From the NCBI GenBank assembly GCA_965203515.1, contig OZ241907.1, positions 768,001 through 832,000 of the forward strand: a stretch of DNA of 64,000 bases. Reading direction: 5' to 3'. The translations under genes and the position numbers were made by a program. The notes beneath the pieces are model-generated. The model saw nothing but the letters and a program-made list of their open reading frames with translations, searched no databases and was not told the DNA's origin. Below, in pieces: positions 51,328 to 61,384 of this stretch. Source of the stretch: Spirochaetia bacterium (GTDB lineage: Bacteria; Spirochaetota; Spirochaetia; SZUA-6; Bin103). Each line of letters opens with the position of its first letter. Within the stretch, counting starts at the first letter, position 1.

Positions 51328-52784
51328 GGCGGGCCGCCCGCGTAGAACGCCTCGGCGGTGAAGCGCTCGGGAAAGAGGGTGACGAAGTGGGCGATCAGCA
51401 ACTGCCGCGCCAGCAGCCGCTTGTAGGCGGCCGATCCGCGCACGTCCGAGATCGGCGCGATCTCCCCGTCCGCCACGCGCAGCGCCTCCCGCGCCGTGTC
51501 CGGGTCGAGGGCGCGGCCGCGCACCGCCTGCGAGGTCGCGCGCAGATAGAGCGGCACCGGCGCCACGCCGCCCAGGCTGAAGTGCGCCTCGGCGATGGTG
51601 TCGCCGTCCCCGGCGCAGCGGATCGAGCAGGCGGCGTTGACCGAGGCGATGTCGAGGCAGGTGCGCTTGGAGACCTTCTCGAAGTTGACCCGCGCGCCGG
51701 CCGGATCGGGGAACCTCACCTCGGTGAGCAGCTCGCCGGGCCGCAGGTCGAGCTGCTTGTAGCCGCGGTAGAACTCCTTGAGCGGTACCGAGCGCCGGCC
51801 GTCGCCGCCGGCCAGGACGATGCTGGCGTCCAGCGCCAGCAGCAGGGCGGTGAAGTCGCCGATCGGCGAGGCGTTGACGATGTTGCCGGCCAGGGTGGCG
51901 CGGTTGCGGATCTGCCAGGAGGCGATCAGGTGATTGAAGGCCGCGATGCGGGGAATCGCGGCGCTCACCGCCGGGTGGGCGCCGAACTCCTCGAACGTGG
52001 TCAAGGCGCCGGCGCGGAACTCGCCGCCGGCGCGGCGGATGCCCTTCAGCTCCCGGCGCCGGCCCAACACCTCGACGCGGCGGTCCGGGATCTCCTCGCC
52101 CCGCTGCACGTACAGGTCGGTGCCGCCGGCGATGCGCACCTCCGGCGCCGGGCCGGAGGCGGCGCCGCTGCCGGCCGGCTCTTCCTCCCGGAGCGCCCGC
52201 AACCGTTCCGGTATCGTCGTGAAGTAATCGGGAATCGCTCCGGCGGCCGCCAGCGCCGCCACCCGATCGCCGCCGCGCGCGTCGAGCCGGCCGCCCAGCT
52301 CCCGTTCCAGCGTGGCGGCGCAATCCTTGAGCGAGCGGTACCCGGTGCAGCGGCACAGGTGGCCGCTCAGGGCGTACTTGACGTCGTCGATCGAGAGCCC
52401 CTTGTCCCGGTCGAGCAGCAGCCCGTGCAGCGACACCACGATGCCGGGGGTGCAGAACCCGCACTGGGTACCGCCGTGCTCGACCACCGCGCGCTGCACG
52501 GGGTCGAGCCCGACCGCCGGATTGCACCCCTCGATGGTCACCACGTGCGCGCCGTGCGCCTCGGCCAGCGGCACCAGACAGGAGGTGACCGGCTGGTAGC
52601 GGACGGCGCCGCCCTGAAGCTCCCCGAGCAGGACCGCGCAGGCGCCGCAGTCGCCCTCCTTGCAGCCCTCCTTGGTGCCGGTCAGGCGCGCGCCGGCGCG
52701 CAGGTAGTCGAGCAGCAGCAGCCCGGCCGGGGCCGCGGTCTCAACCTCGCGGTCGTTGAGGATGAAGCGCGTGCGCGGCTGCAT
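51324..52784 (-). CDS. xdhA: Xanthine dehydrogenase small subunit (2Fe-2S + FAD)
   Basis: GTKEGCKEGDCGAC, QCGFCTPG, LCRCTGY, AGGTDL, IRNRATLAGN, PISDVRGS. Confidence 0.95.
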   Translation of the reverse strand: MQPRTRFILNDREVETAAPAGLLLLDYLRAGARLTGTKEGCKEGDCGACAVLLGELQGGAVRYQPVTSCLVPLAEAHGAHVVTIEGCNPAVGLDPVQRAVVEHGGTQCGFCTPGIVVSLHGLLLDRDKGLSIDDVKYALSGHLCRCTGYRSLKDCAATLERELGGRLDARGGDRVAALAAAGAIPDYFTTIPERLRALREEEPAGSGAASGPAPEVRIAGGTDLYVQRGEEIPDRRVEVLGRRRELKGIRRAGGEFRAGALTTFEEFGAHPAVSAAIPRIAAFNHLIASWQIRNRATLAGNIVNASPIGDFTALLLALDASIVLAGGDGRRSVPLKEFYRGYKQLDLRPGELLTEVRFPDPAGARVNFEKVSKRTCLDIASVNAACSIRCAGDGDTIAEAHFSLGGVAPVPLYLRATSQAVRGRALDPDTAREALRVADGEIAPISDVRGSAAYKRLLARQLLIAHFVTLFPERFTAEAFYAGGPP

Positions 52785-53013
52785 GGCCGGTCAGGGCCGG
52801 CAGCGCTCGCGCGGGGTCTGCGCAGGGACGCCGGGATCGCGCTGACCGGCCATCCGCTCCGGGAACTCGCTCATCTCGCCTCGCATGATAGCCGATCGAC
52901 CCGCAGGCGACCACCGGAGCGGCGCGCCCGCCCACGCCCGCGCGGGGACGGGTGGTCAGCTTTGGGGGCGCGTGCTACCATGACCGACGGGCGGACACGC
53001 CACCGGAGGGAAC

Positions 53014-54973
53014 GTGAGTAAGGTATCGCCGTTATTGCTGTTGCTGGCCGCCGGCATCGCCGCGCTGATGGCCTGTTCTCAGGCGGCGCGCCCGGCCGCC
53101 GCGCCCGCCGAACCGGCCCAAGGGGGGGGGGGGGGGGGGTAAACCGCCGACCGAGCCCGCGCCAACCCCGCAGCCGGCAGCGCCGGCAGAGAAGCGATGG
53201 ACGATCAACGCGGCTGACTTTGGTGATGATGAACCGGACCTGACGGGCGCCGTGTCCAGCCGTTCCGCGCCGTATGCCTGGGAGCGGCTCACCGGCGGCG
53301 CCGTGCGCGTTTCGATTGGCGGACGTGAGCTGCCGTTCACGAGCACGAGCGCCAAGCCGGTCTTCGCGTCCGACATCTCCGGAGCGGAGTGGATGGTTGC
53401 CGCCGAAGTCCGGGAGGGCGCACTGGCGCTGGTACTCACCGCCCCGGATCAGTCGGACGCCTCCGACACGGTCGAGTCGGTCACGATCACGAACCCGGGG
53501 AGCGGCTATGCGTCGGTTCCCAGCGTCACGTTCGCGGCGCCGCCGGCCGGCGGCACCACGGCAGCCGGCGCCGCGGCGGGCTCCGTCGATTCCGTGACGG
53601 TCGGGACCGCCGGGAGCGGCTACGCGACGGTTCCCAGCGTCACGTTCGGGGCGCCGCTGGCCGGCGGCACCACGGCGACCGGCGCCGCGGTGGGCTCCGG
53701 TACCGTCGATTCGGTGACGGTCGGGACCGCAGGACGCGGCTATACGGCGGTTCCCAGCGTGACGTTCGGAGCGCCGCCGTCCGGCGGCGCCACGGCAACC
53801 GGCACCGTCGTTGGGTCCAGGCACGTCGATTCGGTGACGGTCGGGACCGCCGGAAGCGGCTACACGGCGGTTCCCAGCGTCACGTTCGGAGCGGCGCCGG
53901 CCGGTGGCACCACGGCAACCGGCACTGCGGTCCGGCAAAGCGGCGTAGCGGCAGTGACTCTCACATACCGGGGCAACTTCTATACATCTGACCCCACCGT
54001 GACGTTCAGCGCGCCGCCGCCCGGCGGCGCCACGGCGACCGGCACCGCAACGCGACGATCCGAAGTAGGCTCCGTGACGATAACGAATCGGGGGAGCGGT
54101 TACACGTCTGCCCCAACCGTGACGTTTGGCGCTCCGCCGTCCGGTGGCACCCGCGCAACCGGAACAGCGTCGATACTCAACGGTCAAGTGGTAGGATTAA
54201 GCTACACGGGGGGGAGTGGCTACACTACTGCCCCAACCGTGACGTTTTCGGGAGGAGGGGGCAGCGGTGCGGCCGCCACCGCGACGCTGAGCACCCACAG
54301 AATAGAGGCAGTGACGATCACGAACCCGGGAAGCGGCTACACGGCGGTTCCCAGCGTGACGTTCGGAGCAGCGCCGTCCGGCGGCATCACGGCAACCGGC
54401 ACCGCGGTGCTGCAAAGCGGCGTAGCGGACGTGACGATCACGAACCCCGGGAGCGGCTACACCTCTGTCCCAACCGTGACCTTCGGAGCAGCGCCGGGCG
54501 CCGGCACCACCGCCGCCGGCACCGCGGTGCTGCGCTACGGCGTAGCGTCGGTGACGATCACGAACGGGGGGAGCGGCTACACCTCCGCCCCCACCGTGAC
54601 CTTCGGCGCAGCGCCGGGCGGCGGCACCACTGCCGCCGGCACTGCGGTGCTGCGCTACGGCGTAGCTTCGGTGAGGGTCACGAACGGTGGGAGCGGCTAC
54701 ACATCCGCCCCCACCGTGACCTTCGGCGCAGCGCCGGGCGGCGGCACCACGGCCGCCGGCACCGCGGCCCTGCGCGTAGCGTCGGTGACGGTCACGAACG
54801 GGGGAAGCGGTTACGCCGCTGCCCCCACCGTGACCTTTTCGGCGCCGGCCAGCGGCACCACCGCGACCGGCACGGCGAACTTGGCGTCGGGCGGCTACGA
54901 TCAATACCAGAACCTCTATTGGGCGCGCCAGACGCTGGCCGGCAAGCAGCTCCTGGTGGAGCTGACGGATTAG
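53014..54973 (+). CDS. Repeat-rich surface lipoprotein, out of frame at a G18 tract (phase-OFF or sequencing error)
   Basis: GTG 53014 with GGAGG upstream; MSKVSPLLLLLAAGIAALMAC lipobox; G18 then TAA; downstream frame is open to 54973. Confidence 0.8.
53122..53139 (+). repeat. G18 homopolymer tract
   Basis: 18 consecutive G inside the 5' coding region. Confidence 0.95.
53471..54880 (+). repeat. 12 tandem ~120-bp coding repeats (VxSVTITNxGSGYTxxPTVTFGAxPxGGTTATGTA)
   Basis: Counted directly in the translation of ORF 53252..54973. Confidence 0.93.
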
Positions 54974-55067
54974 ACGCGCTGTCCGCAAAACGGACGATGG
55001 CAAAGGCCGCTGGCTGGCTGACTCGGCACCTGGCGCTCAGGTTCGGAGCGTGCTATAGTGGCCGACA

Positions 55068-55526
55068 GTGACGAGGGACGACAGGATTCTGAACGACATG
55101 GTCTTCGTCAAAAACGCCATTGCCAGAGATGTGGCGATCGATGAGGCTTCCACCATCGCTCGGGACCTGGGTTTGCGGCGAACGAAGACACTGACGCTTG
55201 ATGATCTGTGGGAGCTGACCGACCGCGCCGACACGACCGCGATCGACCGCGCTGACCTGCACAGCTTCCGAAGGGCCGACCTGATCATGGAGGCGACCGA
55301 TGAGGCAGGCGAATCCTGCTATGTCGCCGTGGAGATCTCCTTCACCGCCAACGGAAGGGATACGACTCGGGCGCTCCGCAACGCGGATTTCCTTACCCGA
55401 TTCACGGGCCGGAACGCCTACGCCGTGGTGTCAGGCCTGCGGCGAGATGACCGCATCACCGACAGCATCGATGCCGGAGCCGTGTTCTGGTATCAGCTCG
55501 ATCCCGAGGTCATGGACGTCGAATAA
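55068..55526 (+). CDS. Hypothetical protein with PD-(D/E)XK-like motif
   Basis: RADLIM...YVAVEISFT...DTTRA; start uncertain. Confidence 0.6.
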   Translation: MTRDDRILNDMVFVKNAIARDVAIDEASTIARDLGLRRTKTLTLDDLWELTDRADTTAIDRADLHSFRRADLIMEATDEAGESCYVAVEISFTANGRDTTRALRNADFLTRFTGRNAYAVVSGLRRDDRITDSIDAGAVFWYQLDPEVMDVE

Positions 55527-55784
55527 CACCCGTCACGAGGCTGTCCTCGCGGAGGGGACGGCAGGAAGCGGCGGCAGCGTTACGATATCGGAGTCCGTAA
55601 ATCCAGTTTCTGACCTTCCTGAAGGCGGTTCTATAATTGCCGCCATGTGCTGCAATATCATTTCCTGCCAAGTCGGAGATTGTCGCCTGATAGCGATAGC
55701 AGCCGGGGAACTCCGCGTCTACCTGACCGGCGGTGGTCCTGCGCCGCGCCATGGAACGCTGCTTCGCCAAGCGGCTCCGGCGGG

Positions 55785-56776
55785 TCACTTCCAGCGCGGG
55801 GGCTTCCCTGATAGCCGGTCGAGGAGCTCGGCTCCGGTCTCGCACTCCAGGAGCCAGATTCCGGCCTGCGCCAAGCGGTCCGCATCGGCCTGTTCCAGCA
55901 ATGCCGCCAGTTGCCGCGCCGTGTCGCAGTCGAACTTCCGCGCCGCCTGCCGGCGCAGCAGCGCGCGTTCCGCCGCCCGTCCTCCGTGCGCGACGCCGCG
56001 CTCGTGGCCGCGCTCGAAGACCCGGCGTCGTTGCGACCGCAGCAGCGGATCGTGATCCGGCCCGGTGCCCTCCCGCTCGCCGAGCACCGTCCCCACCCGC
56101 TCCAGCACCTCACTGGTCTGAACCGACAGCGCCGGTTCGTTCAGCGCCGCGTGAATCTCCTCCGCTTCCACCCCGGAAACGCGCGGCTCTCCGGCACCGC
56201 CCGGTACGCGCCGTCCTCCAGCACGTGGATCGTCAGCCCCGGACGCCGGCCCCGCGGGCGGCTCGGCGCGGTCTCGTCCGGCACCTCCACCCATACCTCC
56301 GGGAACCCCCACGACTCGTACAACCCCAGCTTGCCGCGCCGTACGTCGGTGGTGTGGTCCACCTCCAGCACCACGTCGGGATAGTCGTCTACGCCGATCA
56401 CCATCGCTGCCGGCCCCGGCAGCCGGGCGCTGCCCGGATGCAGGTACACCGACTCGTCGGCCTGCATGATGCTGCGCGGCCCGTTGCGCTGCCGCAGGTC
56501 CATCGAGCCGTAGCTTTCGATCGGCGCGCCGCGCACCTGCGCGATCCGTTCGGTGAGCCGGGTCAGGCGGCCGGACGGCCGTTCGTGGTAAGGACTGGCC
56601 GGTTCGCAGATCCAGGCGGTTTCGGTAGCGCCGTCCCAATACTCCAACCGCTGGTCGCTACGTTCGATCTCGTCTGCCGGCAGACGGACCGGCGTGCAGC
56701 CGGGGAACTCCGGCGCCGGCCACGCGGCCTCGGCGCCGGAGCGGCGCGGCCCAATGGCCGTCTTGGTCGTAGACAT
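55785..56776 (-). pseudogene. Uma2-family endonuclease, 1-nt frameshift near 56168
   Basis: QADES, PDVVLEVD, KLGLYESWGFPEVWV, SRAFPGW then AEEIHAALNE in the shifted frame. Confidence 0.82.
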
Positions 56777-56856
56777 GGCGGACAGGGTACGCGGCCCGCG
56801 CTGGGTCCTGCAAACCGCCCCCCGCCGGGGAAATGCGCCCATCAGCAGGTACGGCG

Positions 56857-57834
56857 CTACCGGCGGTTCCGTTCGCGCAGGAGCTGCGCGGCGACGCTGA
56901 CGGCGATCTCCTCCGGCGTCTCGCTGCCGATATCGAGCCCCACCGGTGCGCGAACCCGGTCGAGAGCCTGGCGGGCGATGCCTTCCTCTTGCAGCAGGGA
57001 GAATATCCGGTCGATCTTCTTCCTGCCGCCCATCAGCCCCACGAAGGGAACGGGCAGGCTCAGGACGCCGAGCAACGCGCGCGCGTCGGTGCGGTAGTCG
57101 GCGGTCATCACCACCACCGCGGTCAACTCCGGGTAGGCGATGCGCGGTCCCGCCGCCGCGTAATCGGCCACGTGGGACACGGCGCCGAACGCCGCCGCCC
57201 GGTCGTGGGCGACCACCTCGGCGCGGGTATCGAACAGCCGCACCCGGTAGCCGAGCCGCGCCGTCACCTCGGCCAACGCTGCCGCGCAGTGGCCGCCGCC
57301 GATGACCGCCAGCCGGCGCCGGTTGAGCAGGTCCTCCTCGTAGCGCCAGCCTCCGCCTTCCTCCTCGCTCAGAACGAACGGCGGCCGGGAGAAGTCCGGC
57401 TCCCGCCGCGTGAGGCGCAGGCCGGCCGCATCGATCACCATCCACGCCGGCCGGTCCTCGCGCAGCGCCGCGGCAACCGCGCGTACGGTCGCCTGATCAC
57501 GATCCCCGGCCAGCACGCAGAAGACGTTGGTCTGGCGGCCCTCGCACACCAGGCCGGACCGCTCGCCCGCCGCGCTATCGCCGGTATCGCTGTGCACCAG
57601 GGTGCGCTTCTCCGGCGGCGCCCCGCCGCCGCGCAGCGCCGCCCGCGCCTGCTCGACCAGCCGGTGCTCCATCATGCCGCCGCCGATGGTGCCGCACCGG
57701 TCCCCGCCCTCGGCCACCATCAGCTTCGCCCCCGCGGTGCCGGGCGAGCCGCTGGTATGTTCGGCTACGCAGGCCACGAACACCCGCTCTCCCCGTTCGA
57801 GACCACTGCCCACCTGTTCCCAGAATGCACTCAT
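56857..57834 (-). CDS. xdhC: XdhC family xanthine dehydrogenase maturation factor
   Basis: GSSPG, GTIGGG-x2-E, GLVCEG, VIGGGH, APVGLDIGSETPEEIAVSVAAQ. Confidence 0.92.
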   Translation of the reverse strand: MSAFWEQVGSGLERGERVFVACVAEHTSGSPGTAGAKLMVAEGGDRCGTIGGGMMEHRLVEQARAALRGGGAPPEKRTLVHSDTGDSAAGERSGLVCEGRQTNVFCVLAGDRDQATVRAVAAALREDRPAWMVIDAAGLRLTRREPDFSRPPFVLSEEEGGGWRYEEDLLNRRRLAVIGGGHCAAALAEVTARLGYRVRLFDTRAEVVAHDRAAAFGAVSHVADYAAAGPRIAYPELTAVVVMTADYRTDARALLGVLSLPVPFVGLMGGRKKIDRIFSLLQEEGIARQALDRVRAPVGLDIGSETPEEIAVSVAAQLLRERNRR

Positions 57835-57896
57835 CTATCGTCTCTTCCCTGCGCGCCTCAATGTCTTGGGGGCCGACGATCCCCGATCCCGGCAGT

Positions 57897-59180
57897 TCAC
57901 GGCCCTAGCGCGGCGATGGGGATGACTGCCACGCCGTCCTTGCGGCGGTAGCCGTAGCCGGAGCTCACGATCACCCCCAGGGCGCGCGGCGGCGCGGACT
58001 TCTCCGCGTCGACCCGGTCGCGGAGCTTCAGCAGTGTACCGGCGGCGGCGTCGATCTGTCCCGCGCCCAACTTCACCTCGAAGGCGCACCAGTCGCCCCG
58101 GCGGTCTTCCACCACGGCGTCCACTTCGAGGCCGGTGTTGTCCCGGTAGTGATAGACCGCCGCATCGCAGGCGCGGGAGTAGACCGTGAGCTCGCGGTAC
58201 ACCAGGGACTCGAACAGACATCCCAGGAGTTCCAACTCCAGATCAGCCAGCAGCCGTTCCGGGGTTGCGCCGAGAGCCGCCGCGGCCAGGGACGGATCGA
58301 CGAAGTGCCGCTTCGGCGCGCGGCGCAGCAGCGACCGCGAGCGCAGGTGCGGCACCCACGCCGGCTGCTCCTCGTAGACCATCAGCCGGCGCAGGGCGTC
58401 CAGGTAGCCGCGCACCGTGTCGCCGTCCAAGGGTCCGTCGCCGCCGCCGGCGTCCGCGGCGATGGTCCGGGCGCTGACGGTGGTGGCCAGGTTCCGCGCC
58501 AGCGAGCGGATCACCCGGCCGACGTTCTCCGGGTTGCGCTGCATGCCGTCCGCCCGGGAGATGTCGGCGCGGCGGATCTCCTCCAGGTAGTCGATGCGGG
58601 CGGTGTGACAGGCGGCGTCGGAACGGCGCAGGTCGCCGGGCCAGCCGCCCCGGCACAGTTGCGCGACCAGCTCCGGCAGCGGCAGGCCGGGGTCCGCGCA
58701 ACCCTCGAATCGGCCCTGCAGCAACTCCCGCAGTGACGCCTGACCGCTGGAGACGCCGGTCTCCCGCAGGGTCATGGTACGCAGCCGGAGGCGCGAGATG
58801 CGGCCCGCCCCGGTGTGGCGGGTGATGTCGTCCGCCGGCGCCATCGAGCCGGTCAGGATGAACTGCGCGCTCCCCATTCCCGAGCCGGAGGCCCGGTCGA
58901 CGGCCCGCCGGACGTGGTTCCACAACGCCGGTTCGAGCTGCCATTCGTCGATCAGCCGCGGCCGGGCGCCGGCCAACACCAGCGCCGGGTCGATTTCGAC
59001 GGCGCGGCGCGCGTTCTCGTCCACGTCCAGCAGCACCTCGCTGGCCGCTGCCCGGCGGGCGGTTTCGGTCTTGCCGCACGCCCGGGGCCCTTCGATCAAC
59101 ACCGCGCCGGCCGACTCCAGCCGGCGGACAAGCTCGCCGTCGCCGATCCGCGGGTGGTAGGCAGCGCTTCGACCGGTCAT
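57897..59180 (-). CDS. AAA_14 ATPase + DUF4143 protein
   Basis: GPRACGKT, IDEWQ, ILTGS, GGWP, PKRHFVDP, FESLV, YHYRD-x3-EVD...EVK; ATG 59180. Confidence 0.92.
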   Translation of the reverse strand: MTGRSAAYHPRIGDGELVRRLESAGAVLIEGPRACGKTETARRAAASEVLLDVDENARRAVEIDPALVLAGARPRLIDEWQLEPALWNHVRRAVDRASGSGMGSAQFILTGSMAPADDITRHTGAGRISRLRLRTMTLRETGVSSGQASLRELLQGRFEGCADPGLPLPELVAQLCRGGWPGDLRRSDAACHTARIDYLEEIRRADISRADGMQRNPENVGRVIRSLARNLATTVSARTIAADAGGGDGPLDGDTVRGYLDALRRLMVYEEQPAWVPHLRSRSLLRRAPKRHFVDPSLAAAALGATPERLLADLELELLGCLFESLVYRELTVYSRACDAAVYHYRDNTGLEVDAVVEDRRGDWCAFEVKLGAGQIDAAAGTLLKLRDRVDAEKSAPPRALGVIVSSGYGYRRKDGVAVIPIAALGP

Positions 59181-59189
59181 GTGAAACGA

Positions 59190-59258
59190 ATGTAACCGGG
59201 TATTTGTAACGCATGCAACCAGGCAAATGCAACCCATCCGACCGGGCAGATGAAATCC
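59190..59258. repeat. Three degenerate 23-bp tandem repeats in a divergent promoter region
   Basis: ATGTAACCGGGTATTTGTAACGC / ATGCAACCAGGCAAATGCAACCC / ATCCGACCGGGCAGATGAAATCC. Confidence 0.65.
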
Positions 59259-59380
59259 GACAACTCGCCCCCGTGTCGTCCGGCCTCGGGGGCACTGCCG
59301 GCCTGGCCTGGGCGGCGAGCGACGATCTGGCGTCACGATCGGCGTCGTAGTACTCTGAGGCGGAGACGCAGCAGAAGCAG

Positions 59381-60649
59381 ATGCTCAAGAAACTGACCGT
59401 GGAGCGATTCAAGTCGATTCGCCCAGCAACGCTGGAGTTGGGCAGAATCAACCTGTTCATCGGCGGGAACGGCGCCGGCAAATCCAATATCCTCGAGGCG
59501 ACAGGTGTTTTGTCGGCGGCCGTGGATCGAGGTTTGGGAGACACCGATCTGGGCAGAAAGGGAGTGCGCATCACGCCGCCGGAATTGATGAAGTCGGCAT
59601 TCAAGAGCCACGAATTGCCAAAGACGCTGCAGCTCACCGCCGAACTGGAAGATGACGTAACGTACTGCATCGAACTTACCGGGAAGGAAGACGACCCGCT
59701 GTTGGCGTTCTCCAGCGAGCGCTGCGCACAAGGTCAGGAACCGATATTCAGACGCGACCCCAACGGAGCACAAGTGCGGGGGACGAGCGTCCACGGCAAC
59801 TTGAACCGGCATCGAGGCATCTGGGATCAAGTCCGAACCGCTTTCGATTTTCCCGATGCCGTGGAGGCGGCGCTGCATGGTCTTTCGCAGTACGCGATCT
59901 ATGCTCCGCAGACCGACTTCCTGAGAGGTATGGCGCGCGGGAAGGTCGATACGCCTCCGATCGGATTGCATGGCGAAGGGCTGCCACAGGCCGTTCGCGG
60001 CCTCCTCATGCAAAGGAAGGAAGCACTAGGCAAAGAATCGCCGACGACGTTTGAGCTCAAGGATCGAGCGGCCCGTCTTGCGTTCCTGCCGCAGTGGGCC
60101 AGCCAGGTAAAGGTGGGAAGAATCGACAGTGCTCTGACCTCCCGGGCCTTGCTGGATCAGGGGGATGACATGATATATTTTCTTGACAGATATATGCATG
60201 ACAGGAGGCGGAAGCTGTCCGTCTACGACAGCAGCGAAGGCACGCTCTTCCTCCTCTTCGTTGCGATTCTGCTGGCGCATGACGACTCTCCGAAGATATT
60301 CGCTTTTGACAATGTGGACAACGCCTTGAACCCGCGGATGACCAGATTTCTTCTCGAGGCCATTATTGAGATTACCAAAGAGTCGTCCGAGAGGGGATTG
60401 AGCTGTGGACCACGTCAGGTGTTTCTCACCAGCCACAATCCGACGTCGTTGGATGCGTTCGACCTGTTCGACGAGGACCAGAGGGTCTTCGTGGTCGAGA
60501 GGAACGAGGACGGCCACACGGTCGCGACGCGCCTCAAGCCGCGCCAGGAAATGACGCAGGAAGAGTGGCAGCAAGCGAAGAACGGCCGCAATCTGTCTCA
60601 GCTCTGGTTGGATGGAGAAATCAGAGGCGCCCTTGGACAGGAGCTATAG
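59381..60649 (+). CDS. ABC-class ATPase (AAA_15/AAA_21 type)
   Basis: RFKSI, GGNGAGKSN, SSEGT, FDNVDNALNP, LTSHNP, LSQLWLDG. Confidence 0.9.
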   Translation: MLKKLTVERFKSIRPATLELGRINLFIGGNGAGKSNILEATGVLSAAVDRGLGDTDLGRKGVRITPPELMKSAFKSHELPKTLQLTAELEDDVTYCIELTGKEDDPLLAFSSERCAQGQEPIFRRDPNGAQVRGTSVHGNLNRHRGIWDQVRTAFDFPDAVEAALHGLSQYAIYAPQTDFLRGMARGKVDTPPIGLHGEGLPQAVRGLLMQRKEALGKESPTTFELKDRAARLAFLPQWASQVKVGRIDSALTSRALLDQGDDMIYFLDRYMHDRRRKLSVYDSSEGTLFLLFVAILLAHDDSPKIFAFDNVDNALNPRMTRFLLEAIIEITKESSERGLSCGPRQVFLTSHNPTSLDAFDLFDEDQRVFVVERNEDGHTVATRLKPRQEMTQEEWQQAKNGRNLSQLWLDGEIRGALGQEL

Positions 60650-60652
60650 GCC

Positions 60653-61384
60653 GTGCGGATCGGCGTCGTATGCGAAGGTCCGACAGATGCGCTTGCGATC
60701 ACCAACTTTCTGAGAGCATCGTTGAAGGGTCATGGAATCGAATCGGTTTTCGTACCCATTCAACCCGAAAGTGACAGGACGAAACCATCGGATGGCGGTT
60801 GGCATGCGGTGTTGAATTGGCTGCGGAAGAATCCACCCGAGTCGCGGATCAAAAACTATTTGAGCGGCGGTCTGTTCGACAGTGACCTGTCGGAGAAACG
60901 GTGCGACGTGCTGGTCTTTCAGATGGATTCCGACATACTTTCCGAGTGTGGCTTCCAGAACTGGTCCAGGGAGACTCTTGATTACGACGTCACGGACTCG
61001 TCCGATCCAATTCAACGCGGCAACGAGATCCGGTCGATTATCGGGGTCGCAGGCAGATTCAAGACACTTTCTGACGATGAATTGACGCGGCACATTCCGG
61101 CACCGGCCGTCGAATCTACGGAAACGTGGTGCGTCGCCGCGGTTCGGACGTTGTCCGACGATCCCGAGCGATTGAAGGGGACGGATCTGTGCCAGGAATT
61201 CATGACGGCGTTGCACCGATCCGAAGACCGAGACATCCAACCGTTCACGCAGATCGACAAGTCGCCGCGCAGACGACGTCGCTATTGCAAGAAGCATGCG
61301 GACGGATTTCGGCGTTTGGAGACGCAGTGCCGCCACTACTGTGAGTTGGTGGAATCGCTCACACGCCGAGCCACGTCGACCTGA
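60653..61384 (+). CDS. TOPRIM-like (DUF4276/RloB-like) partner of the ABC ATPase
   Basis: VVCEGPTD, MDSD, ESTETW; begins 3 nt after the ATPase stop. Confidence 0.7.
   Translation: MRIGVVCEGPTDALAITNFLRASLKGHGIESVFVPIQPESDRTKPSDGGWHAVLNWLRKNPPESRIKNYLSGGLFDSDLSEKRCDVLVFQMDSDILSECGFQNWSRETLDYDVTDSSDPIQRGNEIRSIIGVAGRFKTLSDDELTRHIPAPAVESTETWCVAAVRTLSDDPERLKGTDLCQEFMTALHRSEDRDIQPFTQIDKSPRRRRRYCKKHADGFRRLETQCRHYCELVESLTRRATST

Noticed and set aside
46892..52527. Apparent 1154-aa (46892..50356) and 1151-aa (49072..52527) fusion ORFs
   Set aside because: The N-terminal extensions are off-frame reads of xdhB and xdhA; real starts are 49075 and 51327 at stop/start overlaps.
53471..54880. Possible CRISPR array
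   Set aside because: Repeats are ~120-bp in-frame coding units with codon-position variation; no repeat-spacer structure and no cas genes.
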